Assembly (NCBI GenBank): GCA_031418035.1
Contig: JANOWU010000115.1
Span: forward strand, 2,758 to 66,757
Direction of reading: 5' to 3'
DNA from: Acidimicrobiia bacterium
GTDB lineage: Bacteria > Actinomycetota > Acidimicrobiia > Acidimicrobiales > JANYDT01
Length of the DNA stretch: 64,000 nucleotides
The position numbers and the translations under genes were made by a program. Below, piece by piece: positions 17,850 to 26,433 of the stretch. How positions within the stretch are numbered: position 1 is the first letter of the stretch; the number at the start of each line of letters is the position of its first letter. The notes below the pieces were generated by a model. It saw only the letters and a program-made list of their open reading frames with translations. It searched no databases and was not told the DNA's origin.

Positions 17850-19217
17850 ATGAAGTCGACGAAAACAGCGACGTCGAACTTCGGAGTCGGGCGGCGTGAG
17901 GCGCACGACGCGAGCGGGTTCTACGCCCGTTTCGATCGTCCCATTGTGTCGGACGAGTCGACCGTTCCCATGCCCCGAACGATCGCCCATCCCCTGGTCC
18001 TCGGTGATTCCGCGGCGATGAACGACATCCATGACGGCGAAGTCGCGCTAGTCGTCACCTCGCCGCCCTACTTCGCAGGCAAGCAGTATGAAGAAGAGCT
18101 TGCCCGCGACGGCGTACCGACGTCCTACGCCGAGTTCCTCGACATGCTGCTCTCGGTGTTCACCGAGTGTCGTCGGGTACTCGAGCCAGGCGGCCGTATC
18201 GCGGTGAACGTCGCAAACCTAGGTCGTAAACCCTATCGATCACTGGCCGGCGACATCACCGACATCCTCAGCAGACTCGGCTTCTTGCTCCGGGGAGAAG
18301 TTGTTTGGCGCAAAGGCGAAGGAGCGAACGGGTCATGCGCCTGGGGCTCGTACCGCAGTCCGGCGAACCCCGTGCTGCGCGACACGACGGAGCGAGTGAT
18401 CATTGCCAGCAAAGGGCGTTTCGATCGCGCTATCCCCGCCTCGAAGCGACGGGTACTGGGACTGCCGTCGGAAGTCTCGATCACGGCTGATGAATTCCTT
18501 TCGTCGACACTCGACGTCTGGGATCTGCTGCCGGAGAGCGCGAAACGGGTCCAACATCCTGCTCCGTTTCCGATCTCGCTCCCCGAACGACTCATTCATC
18601 TCTACACATACGAAAATGATCTCGTCTTGGATCCCTTCGTCGGTTCGGGGACCACCCTGGTTGCCGCAAAGCGAACCGGGCGTCGTTACGTCGGCTACGA
18701 CCTCGATCCCACCTACTTGCAAATTGCCAAGCAACGTCTCGACAGCGACGAAGCAACACCAGCGCTGAGCACCGGTCAGGTTGACCCGTCAAAACCGATG
18801 AACTCTCTCGTGGAGGCCGAAGTCCAGCACGCCGGGTTTGAAATCGTCGGACGTGACCGTAAGGTCGGACGAAGTGGCCCGGTCGTCGCCGTCGTCGCCA
18901 ACGCTACGGACAACACGTCGTGGCTGTTCGATGTGTCGGGCGCACAGACGATTGCCCGGGCGGGTCTCCATCGGACCGAGACCGCGTGGCGCGCGGCCGG
19001 TCGTGCGCTGTTTCTCTCCCGAATAGAACCGACGAGTCGAGTCGTCCTTGTGACGTCGCATGCGCCAAAACGAGGTTCCGAAGCAGACACGGCAATTCGA
19101 GTCGCTGGTCCCGATGTCGTTTTCGACGTGATCGAACTCGGATGTCCTGATGGTCGCGAACGCCTCCGTCGATACGCAACGGAACCGGTTGCCGAGCCGA
19201 TCTCTGGATTCTGGTAA
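17850..19217 (+). CDS. Beta-class N4/N6 DNA methyltransferase with an unassigned C-terminal extension of about 140 aa
   Basis: Start chosen at MKSTKTATS (ATG 17850). Motif IV VVTSPPYF precedes motif I LDPFVGSGTTLVAAKRTGRRYVGYDL, which is the beta-class order. The tail from about QVDPSKPMNSLVEAEVQ to the end is unassigned. Confidence 0.8.
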   Translation: MKSTKTATSNFGVGRREAHDASGFYARFDRPIVSDESTVPMPRTIAHPLVLGDSAAMNDIHDGEVALVVTSPPYFAGKQYEEELARDGVPTSYAEFLDMLLSVFTECRRVLEPGGRIAVNVANLGRKPYRSLAGDITDILSRLGFLLRGEVVWRKGEGANGSCAWGSYRSPANPVLRDTTERVIIASKGRFDRAIPASKRRVLGLPSEVSITADEFLSSTLDVWDLLPESAKRVQHPAPFPISLPERLIHLYTYENDLVLDPFVGSGTTLVAAKRTGRRYVGYDLDPTYLQIAKQRLDSDEATPALSTGQVDPSKPMNSLVEAEVQHAGFEIVGRDRKVGRSGPVVAVVANATDNTSWLFDVSGAQTIARAGLHRTETAWRAAGRALFLSRIEPTSRVVLVTSHAPKRGSEADTAIRVAGPDVVFDVIELGCPDGRERLRRYATEPVAEPISGFW

Positions 19218-19238
19218 CCGCACTCGTAGACTGCGATC

Positions 19239-19697
19239 ATGTCGACGAAACCAAGTCATATGTTCCTCGCACCATTGGCCGTCTTGGTGATGGCACTCGC
19301 CTTCACAGTCGTGTCGAATGCGTCCGCCCAAGCAGACGTGCCGGTTCGCGGCTTTCAGACTCCATCGAAAAATATTAACTGTACATATTATGAGTACGAT
19401 GAGGAGCCCGCAGTTCTGGGCTGTGAAATTCGCGGTTACACCGGCATTACGCCAAAGCGCCCGAAGGATTGCGAGTTCGACTGGAATGCGCTGCCAGAGA
19501 TTCGCGAAAAGGGTAAGGCAACACTGTTCGCGTGCGTCAGCGATACCCGTTGGTGGCTCGACGCACCCGTCGTCAAGTACGGGTCGACATGGAAGTACGG
19601 CCCCTTTCGCTGCAGCGTCGCCACGACGGGAGTCACGTGCACGAATCTCTCGGGCCGCGGTTTCACGCTTCGTCGATCCTCGGTAAAGGCGATCTGA
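19239..19697 (+). CDS. Small secreted Cys-containing hypothetical protein
   Basis: Signal peptide FLAPLAVLVMALAFTVVSNASAQA, several Cys and a locally lower-GC patch (aaaaatattaactgtacatattatgag). No family recognised. Confidence 0.55.
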   Translation: MSTKPSHMFLAPLAVLVMALAFTVVSNASAQADVPVRGFQTPSKNINCTYYEYDEEPAVLGCEIRGYTGITPKRPKDCEFDWNALPEIREKGKATLFACVSDTRWWLDAPVVKYGSTWKYGPFRCSVATTGVTCTNLSGRGFTLRRSSVKAI

Positions 19698-19700
19698 TTC

Positions 19701-20867
19701 GTGAGTTCGGACTCGGTGTTCCTCACCCGCACCGCAATCGGAAGCGGTTCGCGTAAGGTCGCGATCAAGGGCTTGATCGACGTGAAGGGATACGTCACGA
19801 CCGCAGCCTGCAAAGCGCTCGAGAGCACCGCCGCGCCCGCCACCGAAGATGCCGTATGCATTCGTACGATCCGCTCGGAAGCCGAGGCCGGCAATCTCCG
19901 AATCGTCGGTATCACCAACCTCCACGAACTGGCATTCGGCGCGACCGGCATCAACAGCGTTTACGGCACACCGGCAAATCCCCTGGATCCGTCCCGCATG
20001 CCGGGCGGATCGTCGAGCGGTTCGGCGGTCGCCGTCGCAACCGGCGAAGCCGACATTGCGCTGGGTTCCGACACGGGCGGTTCGATTCGCATACCGGCGT
20101 CGTGTTGTGGCATCACCGGACTCAAAACGACCTGGGGCCGTGTCTCGACCAAAGGCGTCTGGGCGCTCTCGCCGTTCCTGGACACCATTGGACCGATGGC
20201 TCGCAACGTGAAAGACATTGTCGCAGGTATGGATCTGCTCGAGCCCGGATTCGCATCGCGTGTCCCGAAGATCGACTCGTCACGGCTGCGTATCGCGCGG
20301 GCACGCCCCGAGGTTGCGGTAACCGACCCAGCAGTCGACTCCGCAATCACGAGCGCGCTCGGCCATTGCGAAGCAGAAGTAACACCCATCGATCTAGGCA
20401 AATGGGACGAGATACAGCGCTCGTGTCTCACCGTGCTACTCGGCGAAGCGTGGCGACAAGACGGCGACCTCCTGAAGATCCCCGACGGCGTGAGCGCCGC
20501 TACCACGCACCGGCTGATGCTGGGATCGTCGATCGCCGAAGACGAGTTGACGGCCGCACGAGCCGTACGGGAATCCGGACTTCATTCGCTTCGTACCATC
20601 TTCTCTTCGGCCGACGTCATCGTGCTGCCGACAACACCAACCCGGGCGCCGCTCCTCGACGACACCGGCACACCGATCACCGCGTTCACCCGATTCGCCA
20701 ACCTCCTCGGACTTCCTGCACTGAGCATCCCGATTCCGGTACCGTCACGCGAACGTGGCACCACAGATGCGCACCTTCCGGCAAGCCTGCAAATCGTCGG
20801 TCCCCCGAACTCCGATGAGCTCGTTTGCGCCGTCGGTGCCTTCTTTGAAGCCGCGATCGCCCGCTGA
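19701..20867 (+). CDS. Amidase-signature family enzyme
   Basis: GGSSSGSAVAVATGEADIALGSDTGGSIRIPAS is the amidase signature (Ser-cisSer-Lys family). GTG start lies 4 nt after the preceding stop. Confidence 0.85.
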   Translation: MSSDSVFLTRTAIGSGSRKVAIKGLIDVKGYVTTAACKALESTAAPATEDAVCIRTIRSEAEAGNLRIVGITNLHELAFGATGINSVYGTPANPLDPSRMPGGSSSGSAVAVATGEADIALGSDTGGSIRIPASCCGITGLKTTWGRVSTKGVWALSPFLDTIGPMARNVKDIVAGMDLLEPGFASRVPKIDSSRLRIARARPEVAVTDPAVDSAITSALGHCEAEVTPIDLGKWDEIQRSCLTVLLGEAWRQDGDLLKIPDGVSAATTHRLMLGSSIAEDELTAARAVRESGLHSLRTIFSSADVIVLPTTPTRAPLLDDTGTPITAFTRFANLLGLPALSIPIPVPSRERGTTDAHLPASLQIVGPPNSDELVCAVGAFFEAAIAR

Positions 20868-20907
20868 GACCGATCGACCACGTACTGATCGCATAGGGCG
20901 CCGCGGA

Positions 20908-21810
20908 TCACGACCGGTTCGAGAAGCGCGCCGGAGCGTAGATCGATGAGGCGGTGAGCAGGCCCAACTCCTCGATCGCCGTTTCGACGCGAGCGATTCG
21001 ATCCGGTAGGGATCCGGAGGCCAGAATCCACGGCTCCGAGCGCACCTTCGTCAACTCTTCCAGGAAACGCTTGTGCATCGCCGAGCGGGTATCGGCGCCC
21101 AGTCGAATCCCGTCGCGCTCCCAGGGGATATCGATGTCGCACAGAACAAAGAGGTCATATGTACGCATACGTCCCAGTTCCTCGACCTCGCGGCTTCGGG
21201 TTTTCAGGTACCGCTCGTGCCAGAGGGCCGTCGTCATGGCGTCGGTGTCGCAGAACAACAGCGGGCCGGAATCGAAGGCGGCTTCATCTTCGAGCTGTTG
21301 CTGTTTCTGGGCGATGACCACGAAGTCCTCCGTGGTCCAATGATCGTTTGTGCCCTGCTTCTGCTTGGTGACCGTGTAGTCACGGCCAAACTCGCGTATC
21401 TGATGCGTGCCGTGTTTTGCGGCGAGGGCTTTCACGAGCGTTGACTTACCGGTCGACTCGGCACCGATACAACAAACTCGAACAGTCAGTTCTGCCTTTG
21501 TGTGGCCGTGGAGCAGCGACCAATGCGTCGCCGGGTCGCGCTGCACAAGGCGCGTCTGCGACTCGTAGGGAATCGGTTCGGCAGCGAGTTGGCGCTCGCG
21601 GCCCATCGGCCGCTGATCGACCATCACCGCCGCTCCCGGATGAACCAACCTCAAGATCTTCGTACGTGTACGTACTGGGAGCGCGCACCGCGTGGAGTCC
21701 GGTTCGACGATGAGTTCTACAGCCCCTTCTCGTTCTGCGCGTGCGATCAGCTCATGCTGACCAAGAGTCGCAGGCGCGAACGCGTCAACAAACGTCCGAG
21801 ATTCAGTCAT
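20908..21810 (-). CDS. NadR-like ATPase/ribosylnicotinamide kinase with a short, degenerate N-terminal NMNAT-like region
   Basis: P-loop CIGAESTGKSTLVKALA followed by REFGRDY...LFCDTD, as in the NadR RNK domain. The N-terminus has FAPATLGQH where NMNATs have FxPxHxGH. GGAG RBS is present. Confidence 0.65.
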   Translation of the reverse strand: MTESRTFVDAFAPATLGQHELIARAEREGAVELIVEPDSTRCALPVRTRTKILRLVHPGAAVMVDQRPMGRERQLAAEPIPYESQTRLVQRDPATHWSLLHGHTKAELTVRVCCIGAESTGKSTLVKALAAKHGTHQIREFGRDYTVTKQKQGTNDHWTTEDFVVIAQKQQQLEDEAAFDSGPLLFCDTDAMTTALWHERYLKTRSREVEELGRMRTYDLFVLCDIDIPWERDGIRLGADTRSAMHKRFLEELTKVRSEPWILASGSLPDRIARVETAIEELGLLTASSIYAPARFSNRS

Positions 21811-21865
21811 TTCACTCCACTTGTTGTGACGGTCCGGCGAGCAGCCGACGAGTCCCGGCTGTCCG

Positions 21866-23614
21866 TCAGAGAATCGTGACCGTCCCGTTCGTGCCGTCGA
21901 CGGTGATCATCGCTCCGTTGGGAATCTTCTTCGTCGCATCAGTCACCGACACGACGCACGGTATACCCAGCTCACGCGAAACGATTACTGCATGGGTTAT
22001 CTGGGCTCCGACGTCGACGACAACGGCCGCCGCAGGGACGAACAGGGGCGTCCATGCCGGGTCGGTGACCGGGGCCACCAAAATGTCACCGGGTTCGAGG
22101 GCAAAAGGATCGCCCGGATCCAAGATCACTCGCGCGATCCCCGTAGCTACTCCCGGGCAGCCAGCAATGCCCGAGAGCACATCGCCCGATTTGACCTGCG
22201 CGACCGCAGCTGCGTTGCTACGACGGGGCCACGTCGACAATGGCGGCACGACACCATTGATGACAAAGGGCGGCTCGTAATCGAAGAGCTCGAGGTAGTC
22301 ACGTTCTCGCTCACGAATGATTTCGGTGAACGATTGTGGATCTGCGAGAAAGCGCTCGAACTCGCTGAACGGCATCCCGTCTTGCAACATGAAGATCTGC
22401 TCGATGTTGTCGAGGTGACCGGCGGCGACCATCCGCCGACCGATCTCGCGGATGGCCATTCGCTGCTCATGAACAATACGAATGACGTTGGTCTTGGTCC
22501 GCTCGCGTCCCGCCGAGAAGAGCAACGCCACGTTCAGTCCAGCAAGAAACTTACCGAGGGCTTCATCGTTTCCGGTCAGCATCGCCACGACTTCCCCTGT
22601 CACCTTTTCGCGCTCCGCCTTCAGCCGGTCAGTGTGGCTCTGGGGTGAATCGGTATCGGGCATCGAACGCATCCGATCGATCGCCACCATCACGAGGTTC
22701 GGACGCAGCTCCCACGTGAGCGAGCGCAACTCCCATTCGTTTGGTCCGCGGCATCCGTACTTTGTCATGAAGTCGGCCAACGCAACCCGAAGACTCTTTG
22801 CATCAGCGTCGTCTTCGAGTGAGTTCATAAGCGCGCTGTGTAAATCGTGGGCGTTGTCGGCGAACAGTTTCGTGAGGGCCTTCGACCTGCCGACAATTCG
22901 ACTCATTTCCCACATCGCCCAAGAAGGGGCCGCTGAGTCGACGTCGCCGGCCGCGGAGATGAGGGGCATCAACAGATCCGACCGACCAATCGCCTCACAC
23001 ACGCCGGCGACCGTCCCAACGCCAATACCACTGGCCGACGACGTACCGATGTGACGCTCGAAGAGGGACCGATACTCGCCGACGAGCGTTCGGGCACGAG
23101 CCAAGAGTTCGCGTTCGCTCATGGCCGCAAAGTCAGGACGGGCAGCTACGACGGCCTGAGTCCGTTGCGCATCGGCGCGTAGTTCAGGCAGATCGGTTTG
23201 CGTGAACGTCCAAATCATGAACTCGGTCAGCCGCTGCGAATGGGCTTCGCTTGCGTGCCAATCCTCAGCGACGTAGGGCGGTATCCCCGGCATCGTGCCG
23301 AAGTACTGAAGATCGACCTGTTCAGGGGTCAAGCCCGGAAAACGAGCGCCGAACAGACGCGTCAACGACATGTTCAAGAACATGTAGCCGCCCAGAAGCC
23401 CCATCGTGTTCAGCCGATCAGTCTCGAAGTCGGCATGGTCGCAGGTGCCGGCGTTCACGTATGCATCACGCCAGCCCGCTTCTCCCGCTGCCATCATCCC
23501 CAGCGCCGAGGTAAGTGGACTTACGGGATCAGGCATCACCTCACCGGCGTTGGCGCGTGTGTAGATCGGGAACTTCTGGCTGATCGGAAGATCTGCGAAC
23601 CAGGCCTCAGGCAT
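21866..23614 (-). CDS. PEP-utilising-enzyme family protein (C-terminal phosphohistidine swivel domain)
   Basis: The C-terminus GIAGCPGVATGIARVI...ILVAPVTDPAWTPLF...GAQITHAVIVSRELGIPCV matches the mobile His domain. Start chosen at MPEAWF (ATG 23614) because GGAGGA lies 5 nt upstream; the track ORF starts at 23656. Confidence 0.7.
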   Translation of the reverse strand: MPEAWFADLPISQKFPIYTRANAGEVMPDPVSPLTSALGMMAAGEAGWRDAYVNAGTCDHADFETDRLNTMGLLGGYMFLNMSLTRLFGARFPGLTPEQVDLQYFGTMPGIPPYVAEDWHASEAHSQRLTEFMIWTFTQTDLPELRADAQRTQAVVAARPDFAAMSERELLARARTLVGEYRSLFERHIGTSSASGIGVGTVAGVCEAIGRSDLLMPLISAAGDVDSAAPSWAMWEMSRIVGRSKALTKLFADNAHDLHSALMNSLEDDADAKSLRVALADFMTKYGCRGPNEWELRSLTWELRPNLVMVAIDRMRSMPDTDSPQSHTDRLKAEREKVTGEVVAMLTGNDEALGKFLAGLNVALLFSAGRERTKTNVIRIVHEQRMAIREIGRRMVAAGHLDNIEQIFMLQDGMPFSEFERFLADPQSFTEIIRERERDYLELFDYEPPFVINGVVPPLSTWPRRSNAAAVAQVKSGDVLSGIAGCPGVATGIARVILDPGDPFALEPGDILVAPVTDPAWTPLFVPAAAVVVDVGAQITHAVIVSRELGIPCVVSVTDATKKIPNGAMITVDGTNGTVTIL

Positions 23615-23721
23615 ATGTCCTCCACGACTGTTCGACTCAAAATTGTGTGCTGTCACCGTAGTGGACGACGTCAGCGGATCCCAGTCCCGGGCCAGCCGTC
23701 CTGCGGCACTAACCTTGACTC

Positions 23722-24495
23722 GTGGATCTAACCGGCGAAGAACAGCGTGTCCTTGGGTGCCTCGTCGAGAAGTCGATGATTACTCCCGATCAATATCCCC
23801 TGACCCTGAATTCGCTTATCACAGGATGTAACCAGACCACGAGTCGCGACCCGGTCGTCGACTACGACACCGACGTCGTAAAGGCAGCCCTGGATCACTT
23901 GCGGATGCGTCATCGTTACGTGCGCGTTGAGCTTCCCCGACCGGGCAGCCGGGTCGAAAAGTACAAGCACGACCTGGTCACCCAGCTCGGTCTGACCCAG
24001 CCCGAACTTGCGGTGCTTGCCGTTCTCCTCCTTCGCGGTCCGCAGACCGTCAATGAGCTGAAAACACGGACCGAACGACTCTTTGGCTTCGAGACCGCTA
24101 CCGCCGTGGAGCGGGTCCTCGATCAGCTCTGCGACCCGACCATCGACGCCGATTCGGCCATCGCGACAACGAGCGACGGACAACTCCCCGGAACCTATGG
24201 CGACAGCGGGTCGACCCCGGAGCGACCGGCCAACTATCGACGCCGGTGGTCAGGACCACTGGTGTGTCGTCTCGAACGATTTCCGGGGCAGAAGGAGCCC
24301 CGGGTGGCCCAACTTCTCGGTGGCCCAATCGACGTCGAAGCGGCGATTGCCGCGAGTTCATCGGGGTCGCCACACAGTGGCGCTTCCCCGGCGCGAAACG
24401 AACGGCTCGAAGCTCTGGAGGCGGAGGTGAGTCGACTGCACGCCGCACTCGACGAACTACGTCAGGAGTTCACGAACTTTCGTTCGCAGTTCTAG
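23722..24495 (+). CDS. YceH/DUF480 (UPF0502) family protein
   Basis: LTGEEQRVLGCLVEKSMITPDQYPLTLNSLITGCNQTTSRDPVV is the characteristic DUF480 N-terminus. GTG start. Confidence 0.75.
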   Translation: MDLTGEEQRVLGCLVEKSMITPDQYPLTLNSLITGCNQTTSRDPVVDYDTDVVKAALDHLRMRHRYVRVELPRPGSRVEKYKHDLVTQLGLTQPELAVLAVLLLRGPQTVNELKTRTERLFGFETATAVERVLDQLCDPTIDADSAIATTSDGQLPGTYGDSGSTPERPANYRRRWSGPLVCRLERFPGQKEPRVAQLLGGPIDVEAAIAASSSGSPHSGASPARNERLEALEAEVSRLHAALDELRQEFTNFRSQF

Positions 24496-24545
24496 GCGCT
24501 GAGCACCCATCGCCCGGCTCACGGGCTCGGGGTTGCGCGGGTGGA

Positions 24546-25631
24546 CTACAACGGAGTGCCGAAGCGAGCTGCTTTGCCCCACGGACGCACTTCGACTGCT
24601 TTTCCGGTTTGGGGCGAGTGCACCATGTAGTCATTGACGCCCAGGTACAGCCCGATGTGGCCGGGATGCCAAATCAGGTCGCCAACGCCGAGGTCGGTGG
24701 GCGTTCGTGGGTTTGCCGCGGAGATCTGGTCCCCCGATACCCGAGGAAGCTTCACCCCGGCCCGTGCCCACGAATACGACGTCAGCCCCGAACAGTCGAA
24801 ACCTCCAGGCTGGTTTCCGGTGTAGCGATACATCGTTCCTACCTGCGCAAGTGCCGTCAAGATGACGGTCATCCGGCGGTCATCGGTTCGAAGCCACGTC
24901 GCTTCGAGGTCGGCCGCTTTTGCACCCTTGATTCGACTCGCCACGGCGATCGACACCTGACGAAGCACCGACGTGTACCGAACATGCGGGTCCGTCGGCA
25001 ACTTGGCCAAGATGTTCTTGGTAGCAGGTGCGACGGGGACTTCAATCGCCGAGCCCGACAGGTAGTCCGACAGCGAATCGGTGCTGATCAACGCAGACGT
25101 CCAACTCGTCGAGCCCGGTTGCGTCGGGGTCGCTACGGGGGCCGTTCCACCAACCACCTGTGCCTGATTGCTCACCGTGACCACTGCGGTGTCTGGGGTG
25201 GCGGCAGGGGCCACCACGCTCACCGGGCCTGATCCGCGGGCCTGCATCGCCAGCAGCGTTTCGGCGGCAAGGTCGGCCAACGGGTCGGAGAAGCGCGGGA
25301 CCTTAACTTCGGCTTTTCCCTCGGCCCGCGGCGTGGCGGTGTCGGGGACCTGTCCGGATGCCGCGGCGGCAACGACGACTTTTCCGCTGGTCACAGGCCG
25401 AGCGGCGGTCGTGGGTGCGGTTGCGTCGACCGCCTGCGCCGGACCAGTCCCTTGACCGGCCCCTTGACCGGCCCCTTGACCAGCAATGACCGGAATCGTG
25501 TTGGCCGTTTGGGCAAGAGCAGAGGTGGCCGGAGCGCAAACCGCTGCCACAAAAAGCCCGATACGGACAACCCCGGAACGGACAACATGGCGGTGTTTTC
25601 TACGACCGAAAACTGGGGGCTTCGTAAACAT
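24546..25631 (-). CDS. Secreted NlpC/P60-family peptidoglycan hydrolase
   Basis: Signal peptide, a low-complexity A/T/G linker with a (GQGA)3 repeat, and a C-terminal FDCSGLTSYSWARAGVKLPR...GDLIWHPGHIGLYLG (Cys-His catalytic core). Confidence 0.85.
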   Translation of the reverse strand: MFTKPPVFGRRKHRHVVRSGVVRIGLFVAAVCAPATSALAQTANTIPVIAGQGAGQGAGQGTGPAQAVDATAPTTAARPVTSGKVVVAAAASGQVPDTATPRAEGKAEVKVPRFSDPLADLAAETLLAMQARGSGPVSVVAPAATPDTAVVTVSNQAQVVGGTAPVATPTQPGSTSWTSALISTDSLSDYLSGSAIEVPVAPATKNILAKLPTDPHVRYTSVLRQVSIAVASRIKGAKAADLEATWLRTDDRRMTVILTALAQVGTMYRYTGNQPGGFDCSGLTSYSWARAGVKLPRVSGDQISAANPRTPTDLGVGDLIWHPGHIGLYLGVNDYMVHSPQTGKAVEVRPWGKAARFGTPL

Positions 25632-25798
25632 GATCTCGAGACCTCTGTGTCGTCAGACCTGCTGAAGACATTCGATAATCGGGACCAGAGGCCCCGGACT
25701 CACGCAGCGCAAGGCTGCAGGACATTCCGTTGTGTGGCGCATACCTTAGCCGCGAACTTCGCGACGCGCATTGTGTCCGCCGTTAAGAGGAAAAATCC

Positions 25799-26407
25799 CT
25801 ACTGGTGCGGACCGTCGACGATCTGCACTCCAAGCGACGCCAATTCGTCCAAAACCGCCTGTTCCTCGTGAGGCTTCACGGCCGCACACAGGTCTCGATG
25901 GAGCCGAACACCGTACCCGAGTGCGACGGCCGATCGACATGTGGCTGCGACGCAATAGTCGGTTGCCAGTCCGACCACATCGACATCGTTGACCCGCTGA
26001 CGCCCGAGGTACTCGTGGAGCGTTTCGCTGCTTGTCGTTGAACGACCCTCGAACCCGCTGTATGCCGCCTCATGGGCACCTTTCGCGAACCACGAGTCAA
26101 CGTTGCCGAGGACCGGCAGCAGGTTTCGATGCGGCTGCGATCCTTTCGTCCCCACGACGCAATGCGCAGGCCACGAATCGACGTAGTCCGGCGTGGCGCT
26201 GAAGTGCGGACCGGGGTCCGCGTGCGCGTCCAAAGTTCCAACGACGATCAACTGCTCGGAACGATCGACGGCATCGTTGAGCGCAGTCAGCGATTTCACG
26301 TACTCCGCAATTCGGCCGACGACTGCAGCGCCGCCCTCAACGGCAAGTGATCCACCCTCACAGAAATCGTTCTGACAGTCGACGAGAACGAGTGCACGTC
26401 TAGACAT
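25799..26407 (-). CDS. pncA: Nicotinamidase/pyrazinamidase (isochorismatase family)
   Basis: ALVLVDCQNDFCEGGSLAV and VVGLATDYCVAATC motifs. It is adjacent to pncB. Confidence 0.85.
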   Translation of the reverse strand: MSRRALVLVDCQNDFCEGGSLAVEGGAAVVGRIAEYVKSLTALNDAVDRSEQLIVVGTLDAHADPGPHFSATPDYVDSWPAHCVVGTKGSQPHRNLLPVLGNVDSWFAKGAHEAAYSGFEGRSTTSSETLHEYLGRQRVNDVDVVGLATDYCVAATCRSAVALGYGVRLHRDLCAAVKPHEEQAVLDELASLGVQIVDGPHQ

Positions 26408-26433
26408 CTGCTCCCCTTTTCCTTTGGTATATC

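Noticed and set aside
16736-24495. Possibility that the MTase region is a defence island or prophage remnant
   Set aside because: No integrase, recombinase, tRNA target, restriction, helicase or toxin genes are visible, and the flanking genes are metabolic. Only a small lower-GC patch in the secreted-protein gene was seen.
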